A DNA stretch of 64,000 nt from Marine Group II euryarchaeote MED-G38 (GTDB lineage Archaea > Thermoplasmatota > Poseidoniia > Poseidoniales > Thalassarchaeaceae): assembly GCA_002457145.1 (NCBI GenBank), contig NTJP01000007.1, forward strand, positions 28,425 through 92,424, given 5' to 3'. Below the pieces are notes generated by a model that saw nothing but the letters and a program-made list of their open reading frames with translations, made no database searches and was not told where the DNA came from. How positions within the stretch are numbered: the stretch's first letter is position 1; every line of letters begins with the position of its first letter. The translations under genes and the position numbers were made by a program. Positions 19,351 to 29,029 of this stretch are shown piece after piece.

Positions 19351-20096
19351 TCATTCAGATGTAAGTGTAATGCTTCTGTTAATGAAATTCTACCTGTTGC
19401 CACAGACCTAGCTAAGTTAGATGGAATAGTAGATTTACCTTGACTAGCAAGACGGCTAATTCTCTGTATTTCTCTCACTTCCCCCTTCGTTGGGATTACT
19501 TTTAACCGCTTAAAGACTGATATTCCTTTTTTTAAAGCTATATTCTTAGCTGAAGAAACGTGATCATGTCTTGAGCCAAAAGAAGTGTTATTCTCATCAA
19601 CTAATTCAACGCTGAATCCTTTATCAAGACAGTTATTTACAATCCTATTAGATAATGTTCTCGGTCCTTTACCTATTCTAATAATTGATGATTTAGGAGA
19701 TATATGATATATTATTTGATTAATCTCCTTAACTACCGAATCTACTTCTTCTAGTTGTAGTGAGCCTATTAATCTACCATCAGCAAACCAAGCGAGGCCT
19801 GGCCTTGGTCCTGTGTCAACACCAAAACTAAGTAATTCTACATTTGGTCCGGCTAATATTATATTGATATATTTTTGAACAGTGATATCGACTTCATCAA
19901 TATCGCATGAAACACCATTTTTATCTGTTGATTGTCTAACCTCTTCATCGGTTCCAAACCAAAAAATAATATCAGAAGGTATTTCTGCGTCATATTCTAA
20001 TTGGACATACTTAATTTGAGAATGCCTTAGTTTTTTGATTAGTCTGTAGGCTAATTGAAAGTCATTAGTCCGCACCCCGACTCTTGCCATAACCAC
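19344..20096 (-). CDS. Hypothetical protein, possible RNase H-like (RuvC/YqgF-type) core
   Basis: 250 aa. LLSFGVDTGPRPGLAWFADGRLIGS resembles the first beta-hairpin with catalytic Asp of RuvC/YqgF-type folds. The C-terminal part is helical and basic. Overlaps the macro-domain gene by 7 nt (convergent). No family name recognised. Confidence 0.45.
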   Translation of the reverse strand: MVMARVGVRTNDFQLAYRLIKKLRHSQIKYVQLEYDAEIPSDIIFWFGTDEEVRQSTDKNGVSCDIDEVDITVQKYINIILAGPNVELLSFGVDTGPRPGLAWFADGRLIGSLQLEEVDSVVKEINQIIYHISPKSSIIRIGKGPRTLSNRIVNNCLDKGFSVELVDENNTSFGSRHDHVSSAKNIALKKGISVFKRLKVIPTKGEVREIQRISRLASQGKSTIPSNLARSVATGRISLTEALHLHLNDY

Positions 20097-20172
20097 ACGA
20101 AGAAGAAGAAAGTGTTTTAATTAAACACATGTATAATTCACATTATACTTATTTGGGAGTAGTTTTATTCTT

Positions 20173-20814
20173 GTGAAATTAGTGTTTTATTCTTTTTATA
20201 ATCGATGTAGTCAAGTACCCTCACAATACGCTTTGTTCGTGGGAGTAAATTACGAGAGAGAACTGCGGTCGGTTTTGGCAGGAGAATTAAAAGGAATAAG
20301 GGCCGTTACGAGGTCATGTACCGAAATAGAAAGAGCGCAGGCAATGCAAGTAATGCAAAGGCCTTTTCTTGTTGTTAGGGCACCAGGAAGTGGTTCAGAG
20401 GGAACAGGGGATTTATTGGCTTTAAGGGGAGATATATGTTTCCCAATAGAGGTTAAATCTTCAAAAGAAAGTAAACTTTATTTATCCGGGAGAACTGTCC
20501 ATCAGTATAATTCATTAAAAGAAGTTGGAGAAAGATGTGGTTTAATGCCCCTATATGCATATAGATTGAAGGGAGTAAGAGGAGATAGTTGGAGAATAAT
20601 GAGAGTAGAGAGTGCCAATCTAACTGGTAAACTAAGACAATTATCTCGGAAAATTCCTTCTTTACCACTCACTAGAAATGGAACTCCATATTTAGGATGG
20701 GAGCATGGTATGCCACTTAATCGATTTATTGCATTGGTTTGTGGTTCTGATAGTCCTTGGGATATTGGCCAATCTTTAGAAAAAACATCTTTTGGAGAAA
20801 TCCTTATTTCATAA
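20173..20814 (+). CDS. hjc: Holliday junction resolvase Hjc-like nuclease with insertion and C-terminal extension
   Basis: GVNYERELRSVL ... VVRAPGSGSEGTGDLLAL ... PIEVKSSKE matches the Hjc E...D...EVK nuclease core. The real start is probably the in-frame GTG at 20239 or TTG at 20233, since the track start at 20173 adds an unlikely N-terminus. Confidence 0.6.
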   Translation: MKLVFYSFYNRCSQVPSQYALFVGVNYERELRSVLAGELKGIRAVTRSCTEIERAQAMQVMQRPFLVVRAPGSGSEGTGDLLALRGDICFPIEVKSSKESKLYLSGRTVHQYNSLKEVGERCGLMPLYAYRLKGVRGDSWRIMRVESANLTGKLRQLSRKIPSLPLTRNGTPYLGWEHGMPLNRFIALVCGSDSPWDIGQSLEKTSFGEILIS

Positions 20815-20822
20815 ATATTTTT

Positions 20823-21917
20823 TTAATCTTTAACAAAGCCTTTCCATGATTTCATATAATCAATAAATATTTGGCTGAGATCTGCCTTTCTTAGGTGTGA
20901 AGTTGAAAATGGTGGTTTTTGAGGTTTATATCCTTCTTCGGTTATTTTACTGGCCCAGTCAGGATGGGCGATTCCTGCACGGGCCACGCCAACAAAATCA
21001 GCACCTTGAGCGAATACAGATTGAACGTCATGAATGTCCCATATACCTCCAGTACAAATTATTGGAGGTAAATTATCTATTGTACTTGTAAACCATTCAG
21101 TAAGGAATCGAGGATCTTCTGGCTCACATTTAGAACGAGAAAATGAATCCCAGCAAGATAGATGTAAGAAATCAATTCCCTCATCGCATAAAATTTTAGA
21201 TAGAGTAATACTATCATGGAGATCTATTCCGATTTTATGAATCTCCGGAGAAATCCTGATGCCTATGATAAAATCTTTAGGAACATTTAATTTTATTGAA
21301 CGTATTATCTCAATAAGAAATTTTGATCGATTTTTTATTTTTCCTCCCCATTTATCCGATCGGCGGTTTGTTTCGGAGCCCAAAAATTGACTAATTAGAT
21401 AACCATGTGCTCCATGTATTTCAATACCATCAAAACCGGCCTCGAAACATCTTAATGCAGCATTCTTAAAGTCATTAATTAATCTAATTATATCTTTCTC
21501 TGAAGCCTCTCTTGAATATTTATTATATGATTCATCACATCTATTCTTACTAGCCGAAATTGGTTGAAGTCCAGTTAATTTTTGAGGTGCGCGCATTCCT
21601 GCATGAAATATTTGGGCAATTGATATTGCACCATTTTGTTTTATATTATTTGCTAAATCGGATAAACCAGGTATATGAAAATCATCAAATATTCCGAATT
21701 CTCCTTCCCATCCCTGTCCGTCTCTTGATACATGAGTTGCTGCTGTAGTAATTATTCCAAAACCATCTCTCGCCCTTCTTGTTAGCCATTTTATTTCATC
21801 ATCAGATAGTATGCCATTTTGGAGGCTTTGTTTATTTGTCATAGCAGCTAAAACTGTTCTATTTCTAACATAATGTCCTGTTCTCTCAAAGATAAAAGCT
21901 TCACCAACAATAGACAT
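20823..21917 (-). CDS. NADH:flavin oxidoreductase, Old Yellow Enzyme family
   Basis: 364 aa. AAMT near the N-terminus, QIFHAGM, GFDGIEIHGAHGYLISQFL, RISP and GADFVGVAR, typical of the OYE TIM barrel. Confidence 0.9.
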   Translation of the reverse strand: MSIVGEAFIFERTGHYVRNRTVLAAMTNKQSLQNGILSDDEIKWLTRRARDGFGIITTAATHVSRDGQGWEGEFGIFDDFHIPGLSDLANNIKQNGAISIAQIFHAGMRAPQKLTGLQPISASKNRCDESYNKYSREASEKDIIRLINDFKNAALRCFEAGFDGIEIHGAHGYLISQFLGSETNRRSDKWGGKIKNRSKFLIEIIRSIKLNVPKDFIIGIRISPEIHKIGIDLHDSITLSKILCDEGIDFLHLSCWDSFSRSKCEPEDPRFLTEWFTSTIDNLPPIICTGGIWDIHDVQSVFAQGADFVGVARAGIAHPDWASKITEEGYKPQKPPFSTSHLRKADLSQIFIDYMKSWKGFVKD

Positions 21918-21921
21918 AATA

Positions 21922-22389
21922 TTACGCCTTTCTTACTATTATTCCTGCTTCTTTCATCATTTTTGATGCAATTTCGAAATCTGATTGCCATCTTTCTGGT
22001 ATTTCAATATCAGATGGATAGACTACCTCACTGATTCCTGCCTGTATTAATGACCTAGAACATCGTGAGCACGGAGGCCATGTAACATATGCCATGGTAC
22101 CCTTAAGAGAAACTCCAATACGAGCAGCGTGCATAATCGCATTTTCCTCGGCATGACATATCATAGGATATTTTTGATTACGATCTTCTAATCTCTCTGA
22201 CGTATCATCAATGCCCCTGGGAAATCCGTTAAATCCCGTAGAACGTATTTCTCTATCTTCACCTACTATAATACATCCGACTTTAGTTGAGGGGTCTTTG
22301 CTCCATTTAGAAATATGCTTTGCTAAATCGATAAACCTTAGGTCCCACTTGCCGGACATATACCATGGCGTGAGTGAGTGGCTAATCAT
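21922..22389 (-). CDS. dCMP/cytidine deaminase family zinc enzyme
   Basis: 155 aa. CHAEENAI and PCSRCSRSLIQAGI zinc-binding motifs. Length and pattern fit dCMP deaminase. Confidence 0.85.
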   Translation of the reverse strand: MISHSLTPWYMSGKWDLRFIDLAKHISKWSKDPSTKVGCIIVGEDREIRSTGFNGFPRGIDDTSERLEDRNQKYPMICHAEENAIMHAARIGVSLKGTMAYVTWPPCSRCSRSLIQAGISEVVYPSDIEIPERWQSDFEIASKMMKEAGIIVRKA

Positions 22390-22394
22390 ACTGC

Positions 22395-23624
22395 CTACTT
22401 TAATGGTGGATGGATTGTTAAGATATCATACATATCCAAAGAGTCTCTAACAATTACATAATTCATAATCTCGCCAACTAAATATATACTACCTATTATC
22501 AATACAGAACAATCTAATTTTTTAGCTATAATTTCTAATTTAGTAATAGCATCATGTAAATCATATATGATTTCTAATTCACTCAAACCTAACTTCTCTA
22601 ATTCGTCGAGTATATTTTGAGGATCAATGGGTCTTTTTCGTCCTTTTGAAGGCTCAGTAACTATTGTATGTAATATTCTTGATTGCCCTCTAAAAGGAGA
22701 TAACGTTTCATAAATATCTGGTTTAGAAGTCATGCCAATCAGCATGACAACTTCTTCATCAAGTGAATTTAACTCATTTTCAATACTCTCGATATTATGA
22801 GCAGCACTAACTCTGCATCTTATTCCTGGAATCCAACTAATGTTATCTTCTGATCTACCAAGCCAATTAAGTTGATAGTCGTCTATTTTCCAACCCAAAT
22901 AATTAGCTATATATATAGCATATTCCTTTGATATATCCCATGCTTTTAAAGATCTTGGATTAAACCACTTTAAATCGCTTCCAGCAATTTTTGTGAAGAC
23001 TTCTCTTACGTCATAGTCTGAATGAAATAGAGAAAATAATGGAATATTTGGACGATATATATGTGCTTTCTCTGAAGCAATTTCTACTAACGTTTCTCCC
23101 AATATTTCTGAATGATCTTTGGAAATAGTAGTTATAGCACAAAGTTGCGCTTCTACTAATCTAGTTGAATCTAGACGTCCTCCAAGTCCTGTTTCAATGA
23201 TGGCAATATCTATTTTTGATTCTGAAAATGCAAGTAATGATGTAAGGAAGGTGATTTCAAAATATGTAGGTTCTATTATTGGCTCAATTAATGATACTTC
23301 GTGCACTAAAGATAAGCATCTGTTAAATAAATCTGAGCTTACTGGCCTTCCGTCAATTCTGGCTCTTTCTTCAACAGTAATTAAATGTGGAGATGAAAAT
23401 AAACCTACTAAGAGACCATTTTTTGAACCAATTGCAGATAAATTAGCACATAATGATCCTTTTCCATTAGTTCCAGCCACATGTATGGAAGAGAACTTTT
23501 TTTGAGGATTTCCAAGTCTATTAAGCATCTCAGTACAATTATTTAATCCCAGTTTAATTCCTGAACTGATACTCTTTTTCAGCCATATTTTAGGTGCTTG
23601 AATACCACGGCCAGTGAGGTCCAT
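22395..23624 (-). CDS. folC: Folylpolyglutamate synthase / dihydrofolate synthase
   Basis: Mur-ligase P-loop HVAGTNGKGS, ETGLGGRLD and AITTISKDH. I chose the ATG at 23624 (MDLTGRG...) because the longer track ORF (to 23723) adds 33 poorly fitting residues and overlaps the divergent gene. Confidence 0.85.
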   Translation of the reverse strand: MDLTGRGIQAPKIWLKKSISSGIKLGLNNCTEMLNRLGNPQKKFSSIHVAGTNGKGSLCANLSAIGSKNGLLVGLFSSPHLITVEERARIDGRPVSSDLFNRCLSLVHEVSLIEPIIEPTYFEITFLTSLLAFSESKIDIAIIETGLGGRLDSTRLVEAQLCAITTISKDHSEILGETLVEIASEKAHIYRPNIPLFSLFHSDYDVREVFTKIAGSDLKWFNPRSLKAWDISKEYAIYIANYLGWKIDDYQLNWLGRSEDNISWIPGIRCRVSAAHNIESIENELNSLDEEVVMLIGMTSKPDIYETLSPFRGQSRILHTIVTEPSKGRKRPIDPQNILDELEKLGLSELEIIYDLHDAITKLEIIAKKLDCSVLIIGSIYLVGEIMNYVIVRDSLDMYDILTIHPPLK

Positions 23625-23641
23625 GTGAGGGTCAAAGTGAA

Positions 23642-24748
23642 ATGTGTATTGAATGTCGTGGAAGCATGTCAGAGTATAATGTGTCGGAAATATTACAGGC
23701 AATGCGTGAACAATGGGTTTCAATGACGGGAATGGCAGGTATGTTTGTTAGTTCGATTTTATTGGGTTTATTCATACAGCCTGTATATAATTTTGACACA
23801 GCAAGGGCCTTCGGAGAGGAAGGTACAACAAAAGCGGGAAATATATTATTCGAATTAGTAATGATTTTTATATTTACAATATTAATAATTTGGTTGGCAA
23901 GAAAGGGATTAGATTACTTGATTAAAGGGATTGTGATGGTGGCCCTTTGGTTTAGCCTATTGTATACGATATACCCTATGACTTGGCTATTAGTAGTTTT
24001 AACTGATATAATAACGAATGGTTTTTTCTCAGATAATTTACTAGAAAATTTTATTATATTTGGAGCGATAATATTTAGTGTTGGACTAATGATTTATTTG
24101 AATAAATATCCAGAATGGTATGTAGTGAATAGCGTAGGAGTATTGGTTGGAGCAGGTGTAATTACAATGATTGGCATATCTTTTACACCTGTATTAATTA
24201 TTTTATTTATGACCTTGGCGGCAATATATGATCATTGGGCTGTAAATAAAAGTAAACATATGCTTGAATTGGCAGATACTATGATTGGGCTAAAATTACC
24301 GGTATTATTGGTTGCACCCAAGGAGAAAGGGTATTCGTTTAGGGAGCAAAATGATAAAATAATGCAAGATGAGATAATAGATTCTACAAAAGAAAAAGTT
24401 ACAATGCCGGAAAATAAGTCCAGAGATGCGTTGTTCATGGGATTGGGTGATGTAATTTTTCCAGGAATGTTAGTCATTTCAAGTGTTACCTTCTTACCCG
24501 AAATTGGACCTATCGTATTTGATTTCTGGCCGGGTAGTGAACCAATTTATTATGGCCCAATGTTGGTTGGTTTGGGTACTCTAGTCGGAGGTTTATTCGG
24601 TTATCTAGCCCTTATGACTCAAGTTGCCAGAGGAAAGCCACAAGCTGGACTTCCTTTATTGAACGGAGGTAGTATTCTTGGTTACATTATTTCAGGAACA
24701 ATTGCTATCGGATTTGATCAACTATGGCATAACATTACCCTATTATAA
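23642..24748 (+). CDS. Presenilin/signal-peptide-peptidase-type intramembrane aspartyl protease (A22 family)
   Basis: Polytopic. Catalytic motifs YD (AAIYDHWAV) and GxGD (GLGDVIFPGMLV) lie in adjacent helices separated by a hydrophilic loop, with a PAL-like AGLPLLNGG near the C-terminus. Start is uncertain (in-frame ATGs at 23666, 23702, 23723). Confidence 0.7.
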   Translation: MCIECRGSMSEYNVSEILQAMREQWVSMTGMAGMFVSSILLGLFIQPVYNFDTARAFGEEGTTKAGNILFELVMIFIFTILIIWLARKGLDYLIKGIVMVALWFSLLYTIYPMTWLLVVLTDIITNGFFSDNLLENFIIFGAIIFSVGLMIYLNKYPEWYVVNSVGVLVGAGVITMIGISFTPVLIILFMTLAAIYDHWAVNKSKHMLELADTMIGLKLPVLLVAPKEKGYSFREQNDKIMQDEIIDSTKEKVTMPENKSRDALFMGLGDVIFPGMLVISSVTFLPEIGPIVFDFWPGSEPIYYGPMLVGLGTLVGGLFGYLALMTQVARGKPQAGLPLLNGGSILGYIISGTIAIGFDQLWHNITLL

Positions 24749-24801
24749 TCAAAATTGCCGATTGATTGAAGGGCGAATGTCTATTCCTAGAGGTTGTTAG
24801 T

Positions 24802-26082
24802 ATGTTAGACATTAAATTGTTTAGGGAAAATAGGAATATCATTCTTGCAGATCATATCAAGAGAAAAATTTCTAATAATAATATCAATGAAGTAATTAGA
24901 TTAGACGAAGAATGGCGAAAAGTAAGGTATGATTCAGATGTATTACGTAAAGAACGTAATGAAGGTGCAAGAGGTATCGCTGCAGCGAAAAAAAATAATG
25001 ATTTAGAGAAAGTCAATAATATAATGGAAAAAGTTGCAATTATTGGTTCAAAAATCGATGAATTGGCGATTTTGGCTGATAAGTATTTACAAGAAAGAGA
25101 TTCGTTAAGAATGAAAATTCCAAACATACTTCATGAAACTGTCCCTGTTGGTGAAGATGATCAGAAGAACACATTACATAGTTTACACGGAAATAAAATA
25201 AAATTAGATTTCGATGCAAAGACTCATAATGAAATTTTAGAAGAAAACGGATGGGTAGACTTAGAAAGAGGTGCAAAGGTAACAGGAAGCAGATTTTATT
25301 TTCTCAAAGGAGACTTGGCAAGACTCGAGTTAGCATTACAAATTTATTCCTCTAATTTTTTGATGGATAGAGACTATACCCTTATACAACCGCCGTTAAT
25401 GATGAATAGAGAGTCGTACGAAGGAGTCACTGATCTTAGTGATTTCGAGAATGTAATGTATGGGATAAAACCGGATGAATATTATCTAATTGCCACAAGT
25501 GAACACCCTTTAACAGCAATGAGGATGGGAGAGATAATAGAGCCATCTGAATTACCGATTAAATTGGTTGGTATTTCACAATGCTTCAGAAGAGAAGTTG
25601 GAGCACATGGGCTTTCTGATAAAGGAATTTGGAGAGTTCATCAATTTACTAAGGTGGAACAAGTCGTCATTTGTCATCCAGATGACTCATGGAAACATCA
25701 TGAAGATTTATTAAAAAATGCTATTGATTTATGGACTAATCTGGGGATTCATTTCCGTGTTGTAAATATATGTACTGGAGATATGGGCACAGTTGCATCA
25801 AAAAAATATGATTTAGAAGCATGGCTTCCCGGGGCAAATGAGTATAAAGAAGTAGTGTCTTGTTCTAATTGTACAGATTATCAGGCTAATAGGTTAAAAA
25901 TGCGCTATCGCACACCGGAAGGAAATTCTGCAGTACATACTTTGAACTCAACAGCGGTTGCAACAAGTCGTACTTTAGTTGCAATAATGGAGCAGTATCA
26001 GAATGAAAAGGGTCAAGTTGCAATCCCCGATGTTTTGCAATCATTAATGAATGGTCAAAAATACTTAGAGCCATTGAAATAA
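24802..26082 (+). CDS. serS: Seryl-tRNA synthetase (bacterial-type)
   Basis: Start at the ATG at 24802 (MLDIKLFREN) after GAGGT. N-terminal coiled-coil arm. Class II motifs FRRE(V)G, GTVASKKYDLEAW and TLNSTAVATSRTLVAIMEQYQ. Confidence 0.95.
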   Translation: MLDIKLFRENRNIILADHIKRKISNNNINEVIRLDEEWRKVRYDSDVLRKERNEGARGIAAAKKNNDLEKVNNIMEKVAIIGSKIDELAILADKYLQERDSLRMKIPNILHETVPVGEDDQKNTLHSLHGNKIKLDFDAKTHNEILEENGWVDLERGAKVTGSRFYFLKGDLARLELALQIYSSNFLMDRDYTLIQPPLMMNRESYEGVTDLSDFENVMYGIKPDEYYLIATSEHPLTAMRMGEIIEPSELPIKLVGISQCFRREVGAHGLSDKGIWRVHQFTKVEQVVICHPDDSWKHHEDLLKNAIDLWTNLGIHFRVVNICTGDMGTVASKKYDLEAWLPGANEYKEVVSCSNCTDYQANRLKMRYRTPEGNSAVHTLNSTAVATSRTLVAIMEQYQNEKGQVAIPDVLQSLMNGQKYLEPLK

Positions 26083-26086
26083 TAGA

Positions 26087-26587
26087 TTAATCATTAATCT
26101 CAACTAAAAGAGCATCCATATCAACTCTTTGCCCTACTTCATGAAACAATGAAGTTACTTCTCCGTCTCTAGGAGATTGAATCTTATGTTCCATCTTCAT
26201 TGCCTCGATTACCATTATGTTCTGTCCCTTTCTTACCCTTTGCCCTTCCTTGACAAAAATTTGTATTATTGTCCCTGGCATAGGAGCGACTAGACTTCCT
26301 TCACTTTGTTTTTGAGAAGAATGTCCAACTTCATGAGCATTTACAATATGTACCCTTCCATCTAAATGGATCCAAAATGAATCTTTAATCTTGACTATAT
26401 GTACTAATTTAGATTTCTCAGCAGTTTTCAATAATAATCTATTTGAATTAGAATCTCGAGATACAGAAATATCTGAAATAGGAATTTCTTCATTTTCTCT
26501 CTTTAAACTAATTAGAGATATATTTCCATCACTGTCAACTATATCAACAGTATAACGAATTTTATCTTGTCCTATGCTCCATTCCAT
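26087..26587 (-). CDS. Biotin carboxyl carrier protein of acyl-CoA carboxylase
   Basis: 166 aa. C-terminal biotinyl domain with EAMKMEH (biotinyl-Lys motif). Confidence 0.85.
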   Translation of the reverse strand: MEWSIGQDKIRYTVDIVDSDGNISLISLKRENEEIPISDISVSRDSNSNRLLLKTAEKSKLVHIVKIKDSFWIHLDGRVHIVNAHEVGHSSQKQSEGSLVAPMPGTIIQIFVKEGQRVRKGQNIMVIEAMKMEHKIQSPRDGEVTSLFHEVGQRVDMDALLVEIND

Positions 26588-26596
26588 ATTTTTACC

Positions 26597-28162
26597 TCAG
26601 GGGAATATTCTTGATAATGTCTTAAATGGATCTCCGACATGCCCACTATAATTATCCATTATTCCATCGTTTATCGAGGAGGATGATTTTGTATTTATTC
26701 CTAATCTTTCTGCCGCCGATGCTATTACAATTAGATGAGAAGGGTCTATAGTCGGTTGAATGAAAATTGAATTATCGGCATTGTCCAGATAATCTGTAGT
26801 CATTCGTCCTTCAGAAAATCTATTTTGTTTGATTATATCTCTTAGGAAGCCTAAATTTGTAATTACTCCTAAGATTATGAAATCAGAAAGGGCTGTATCT
26901 AATTTTCTTAGAGCAGCTTTTCTATTTGGCGCGTGAACTATTAATTTAGCAAGCATTGGGTCAAAATCAATTGTTATTTCGTCGCCTTCACGGAAACCGG
27001 AATCTAATCTTATTCCTGGACCTGATGGACATTGCCATTTTGACAGTACCCCTGTTGCAGGCAGAAATCCATTTGATGGATTCTCGGCATAAATACGGGC
27101 TTCTATTGAATGACCATTAATGCCAATATCTTTTTGAATTAATCCTAAATCTATACCTGCGGCAATCTCAAACTGTTTCTGAACTATATCTATACCAGTA
27201 ATCAACTCTGTAATTGGGTGTTCAACTTGCAATCTTGTATTCATTTCCAGAAAAAAGAATTCTCCTTTTGAGGATAATAGAAATTCAACAGTTCCAGCCC
27301 CTACATAATTTACAGATTTGGCAGCTTTGAGTGCAGATTGGCCCATCAGTTGCCTAATATCATCAGACAGCGCGGGAGAGGGAGTTTCTTCTATTACCTT
27401 TTGATGACGGCGTTGCAAGGAGCAATCTCTTTCATTTAGGTGTACACAATTTCCATTCTCATCGCATAAAATCTGTATTTCTATGTGTCTCGCTTCTGCA
27501 AGTAATCTTTCTACATATACAGTCCCATCGCCAAAAGCTGCTGAAGCTTCTCTTGATGCAGCCTCATATTGAGATTTAAGATTCTTTGGCATATGAACAG
27601 CGCGCATTCCCTTGCCTCCGCCTCCTGCACTGGCTTTGAGTAACAATGGATATCCTACTCTCGCGGCTGCAGCTGCCAATGGTTCAATATATTCTTCACC
27701 ATCTTGAATAAATATCTCTTCACCAGGTATAATCGGTACCCCGGAATTAATCATCTTATTACGAGCAGAAATTTTATCACCCATAATTTTTATTGATTTT
27801 GGACTTGGCCCTATCCATATCAAGTTTGAATCAATGACAGCTTGGGCAAAATCAGAACGTTCAGAAAGAAAACCATAACCGGGGTGAATGGCCTCTGCGC
27901 CAGAATTTTTAGCTGCATTTAGAATTGCTTCTATATTCAAATAAGTCTCAGACAATAATTTACCAGGAAGGTGGATGGCTTCTTCAGAAATTTCAACATG
28001 TAATGACTTTGCATCTGAATCTGAGTAAATTGAAATTCCCCTTAAACCTGATTCTTTAGCCGCTTGTAGAATTCTTACTGCAATTTCTCCCCTATTAGCA
28101 ACTAATACTGATGAATATGGTTTTACGGCATTGAACATCCAATCGGGATACATACTAATCAC
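26597..28162 (-). CDS. Biotin carboxylase subunit of acyl-CoA carboxylase
   Basis: 521 aa. VLVANRGEIAVRI, ATP-grasp KASAGGGGKGMR, EMNTRLQVEHP. Start is uncertain (GTG 28162, ATG 28153 or ATG 28138). Confidence 0.9.
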   Translation of the reverse strand: MISMYPDWMFNAVKPYSSVLVANRGEIAVRILQAAKESGLRGISIYSDSDAKSLHVEISEEAIHLPGKLLSETYLNIEAILNAAKNSGAEAIHPGYGFLSERSDFAQAVIDSNLIWIGPSPKSIKIMGDKISARNKMINSGVPIIPGEEIFIQDGEEYIEPLAAAAARVGYPLLLKASAGGGGKGMRAVHMPKNLKSQYEAASREASAAFGDGTVYVERLLAEARHIEIQILCDENGNCVHLNERDCSLQRRHQKVIEETPSPALSDDIRQLMGQSALKAAKSVNYVGAGTVEFLLSSKGEFFFLEMNTRLQVEHPITELITGIDIVQKQFEIAAGIDLGLIQKDIGINGHSIEARIYAENPSNGFLPATGVLSKWQCPSGPGIRLDSGFREGDEITIDFDPMLAKLIVHAPNRKAALRKLDTALSDFIILGVITNLGFLRDIIKQNRFSEGRMTTDYLDNADNSIFIQPTIDPSHLIVIASAAERLGINTKSSSSINDGIMDNYSGHVGDPFKTLSRIFP

Positions 28163-28164
28163 CC

Positions 28165-29019
28165 TTATATTTCATCTTTCCAATCAGGATTTCTTCTTTC
28201 AAGAAATGAAGATAGTCCTTCTTGACCTTCTTTAGAACCGCGCATTTCGCTGGTCTTATCTAAAGTATATTGACGGAGTTGTAAATCATCACCTTTCCAG
28301 CGATCAAAAATCAATGTTAATTTTTTAGCTTCTGAAATAGCCATTGGACCTGTGCTCATAATTTCAACTATAATTTTATCAATAGATTTCGTAAAGTCAT
28401 AATTATCACTTACTATTTCATCAACAAAACCTATCCTTAATGCCTCTTTAGCATCTATTCTACCTGCCATCATAGATAATCTACGGAACTGAGCACTACC
28501 TATTCTTCGATATACATATGGGCCTATTACTGCAGGTAATATTCCAAGCTTTGCTTCAGAGAGTGCAATCTTCGAATTCGATTCCATAATTACATAGTCC
28601 AAACATGATATCAAACCGGCTCCACCCCCCAATGCAACCCCTTGAATGATTCCAATAGTAAAACAAGGATGTGACCAAAGAGAATAAAATAATTTGTCAA
28701 GTTGGATTGAGTCTTTTCTATTCTCTTCTACTGTTTTTGATCCTGCCTCACGCATCATGTTAATATCAGCACCTGCGCAAAAATGTTTTCCTTCTGATTT
28801 TAATATGAGAATTCTAAGATTCTTATCCCCATTTGAATCTATTAAATTATTATTCTCTCCTACTGAATGATTTTTTGACCATGATAATAGTAGTATCAAT
28901 TCATTGATTAACTCTTTATTTAGAGCGTTAAATACTTCTTTGCGCTTAATTGTTATTGTTACAATTGAATCTTTGACAGTCAATGTACAAAATTTTGTCT
29001 CTGGCTTTAAATCTGTCAT
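28165..29019 (-). CDS. Enoyl-CoA hydratase/crotonase family (methylglutaconyl-CoA hydratase-like by context)
   Basis: Start at the ATG at 29019 (MTDLKPETKFCTLTV). FCAGADI and GGGAGL oxyanion-hole motifs. Sits between the carboxyltransferase and biotin carboxylase genes. Confidence 0.8.
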   Translation of the reverse strand: MTDLKPETKFCTLTVKDSIVTITIKRKEVFNALNKELINELILLLSWSKNHSVGENNNLIDSNGDKNLRILILKSEGKHFCAGADINMMREAGSKTVEENRKDSIQLDKLFYSLWSHPCFTIGIIQGVALGGGAGLISCLDYVIMESNSKIALSEAKLGILPAVIGPYVYRRIGSAQFRRLSMMAGRIDAKEALRIGFVDEIVSDNYDFTKSIDKIIVEIMSTGPMAISEAKKLTLIFDRWKGDDLQLRQYTLDKTSEMRGSKEGQEGLSSFLERRNPDWKDEI

Positions 29020-29029
29020 TTTCAAATCA

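Noticed and set aside
26585-26599. The biotin carboxylase ORF and the BCCP ORF are in the same reading frame, separated only by TGA plus three codons (…UUC CCC UGA GGU AAA AAU AUG…). This could suggest stop-codon readthrough or recoding, or a recently split fused alpha subunit (521+166 aa is about the fused length).
   Set aside because: Archaeal acyl-CoA carboxylases normally have separate ~510-aa BC and ~167-aa BCCP subunits. The TGAGGT junction is the same stop-embedded RBS seen at many other operon junctions here. TGA clearly terminates other genes (nuoL, nuoM, nuoK, cdc48). Being in frame has a one-in-three chance.
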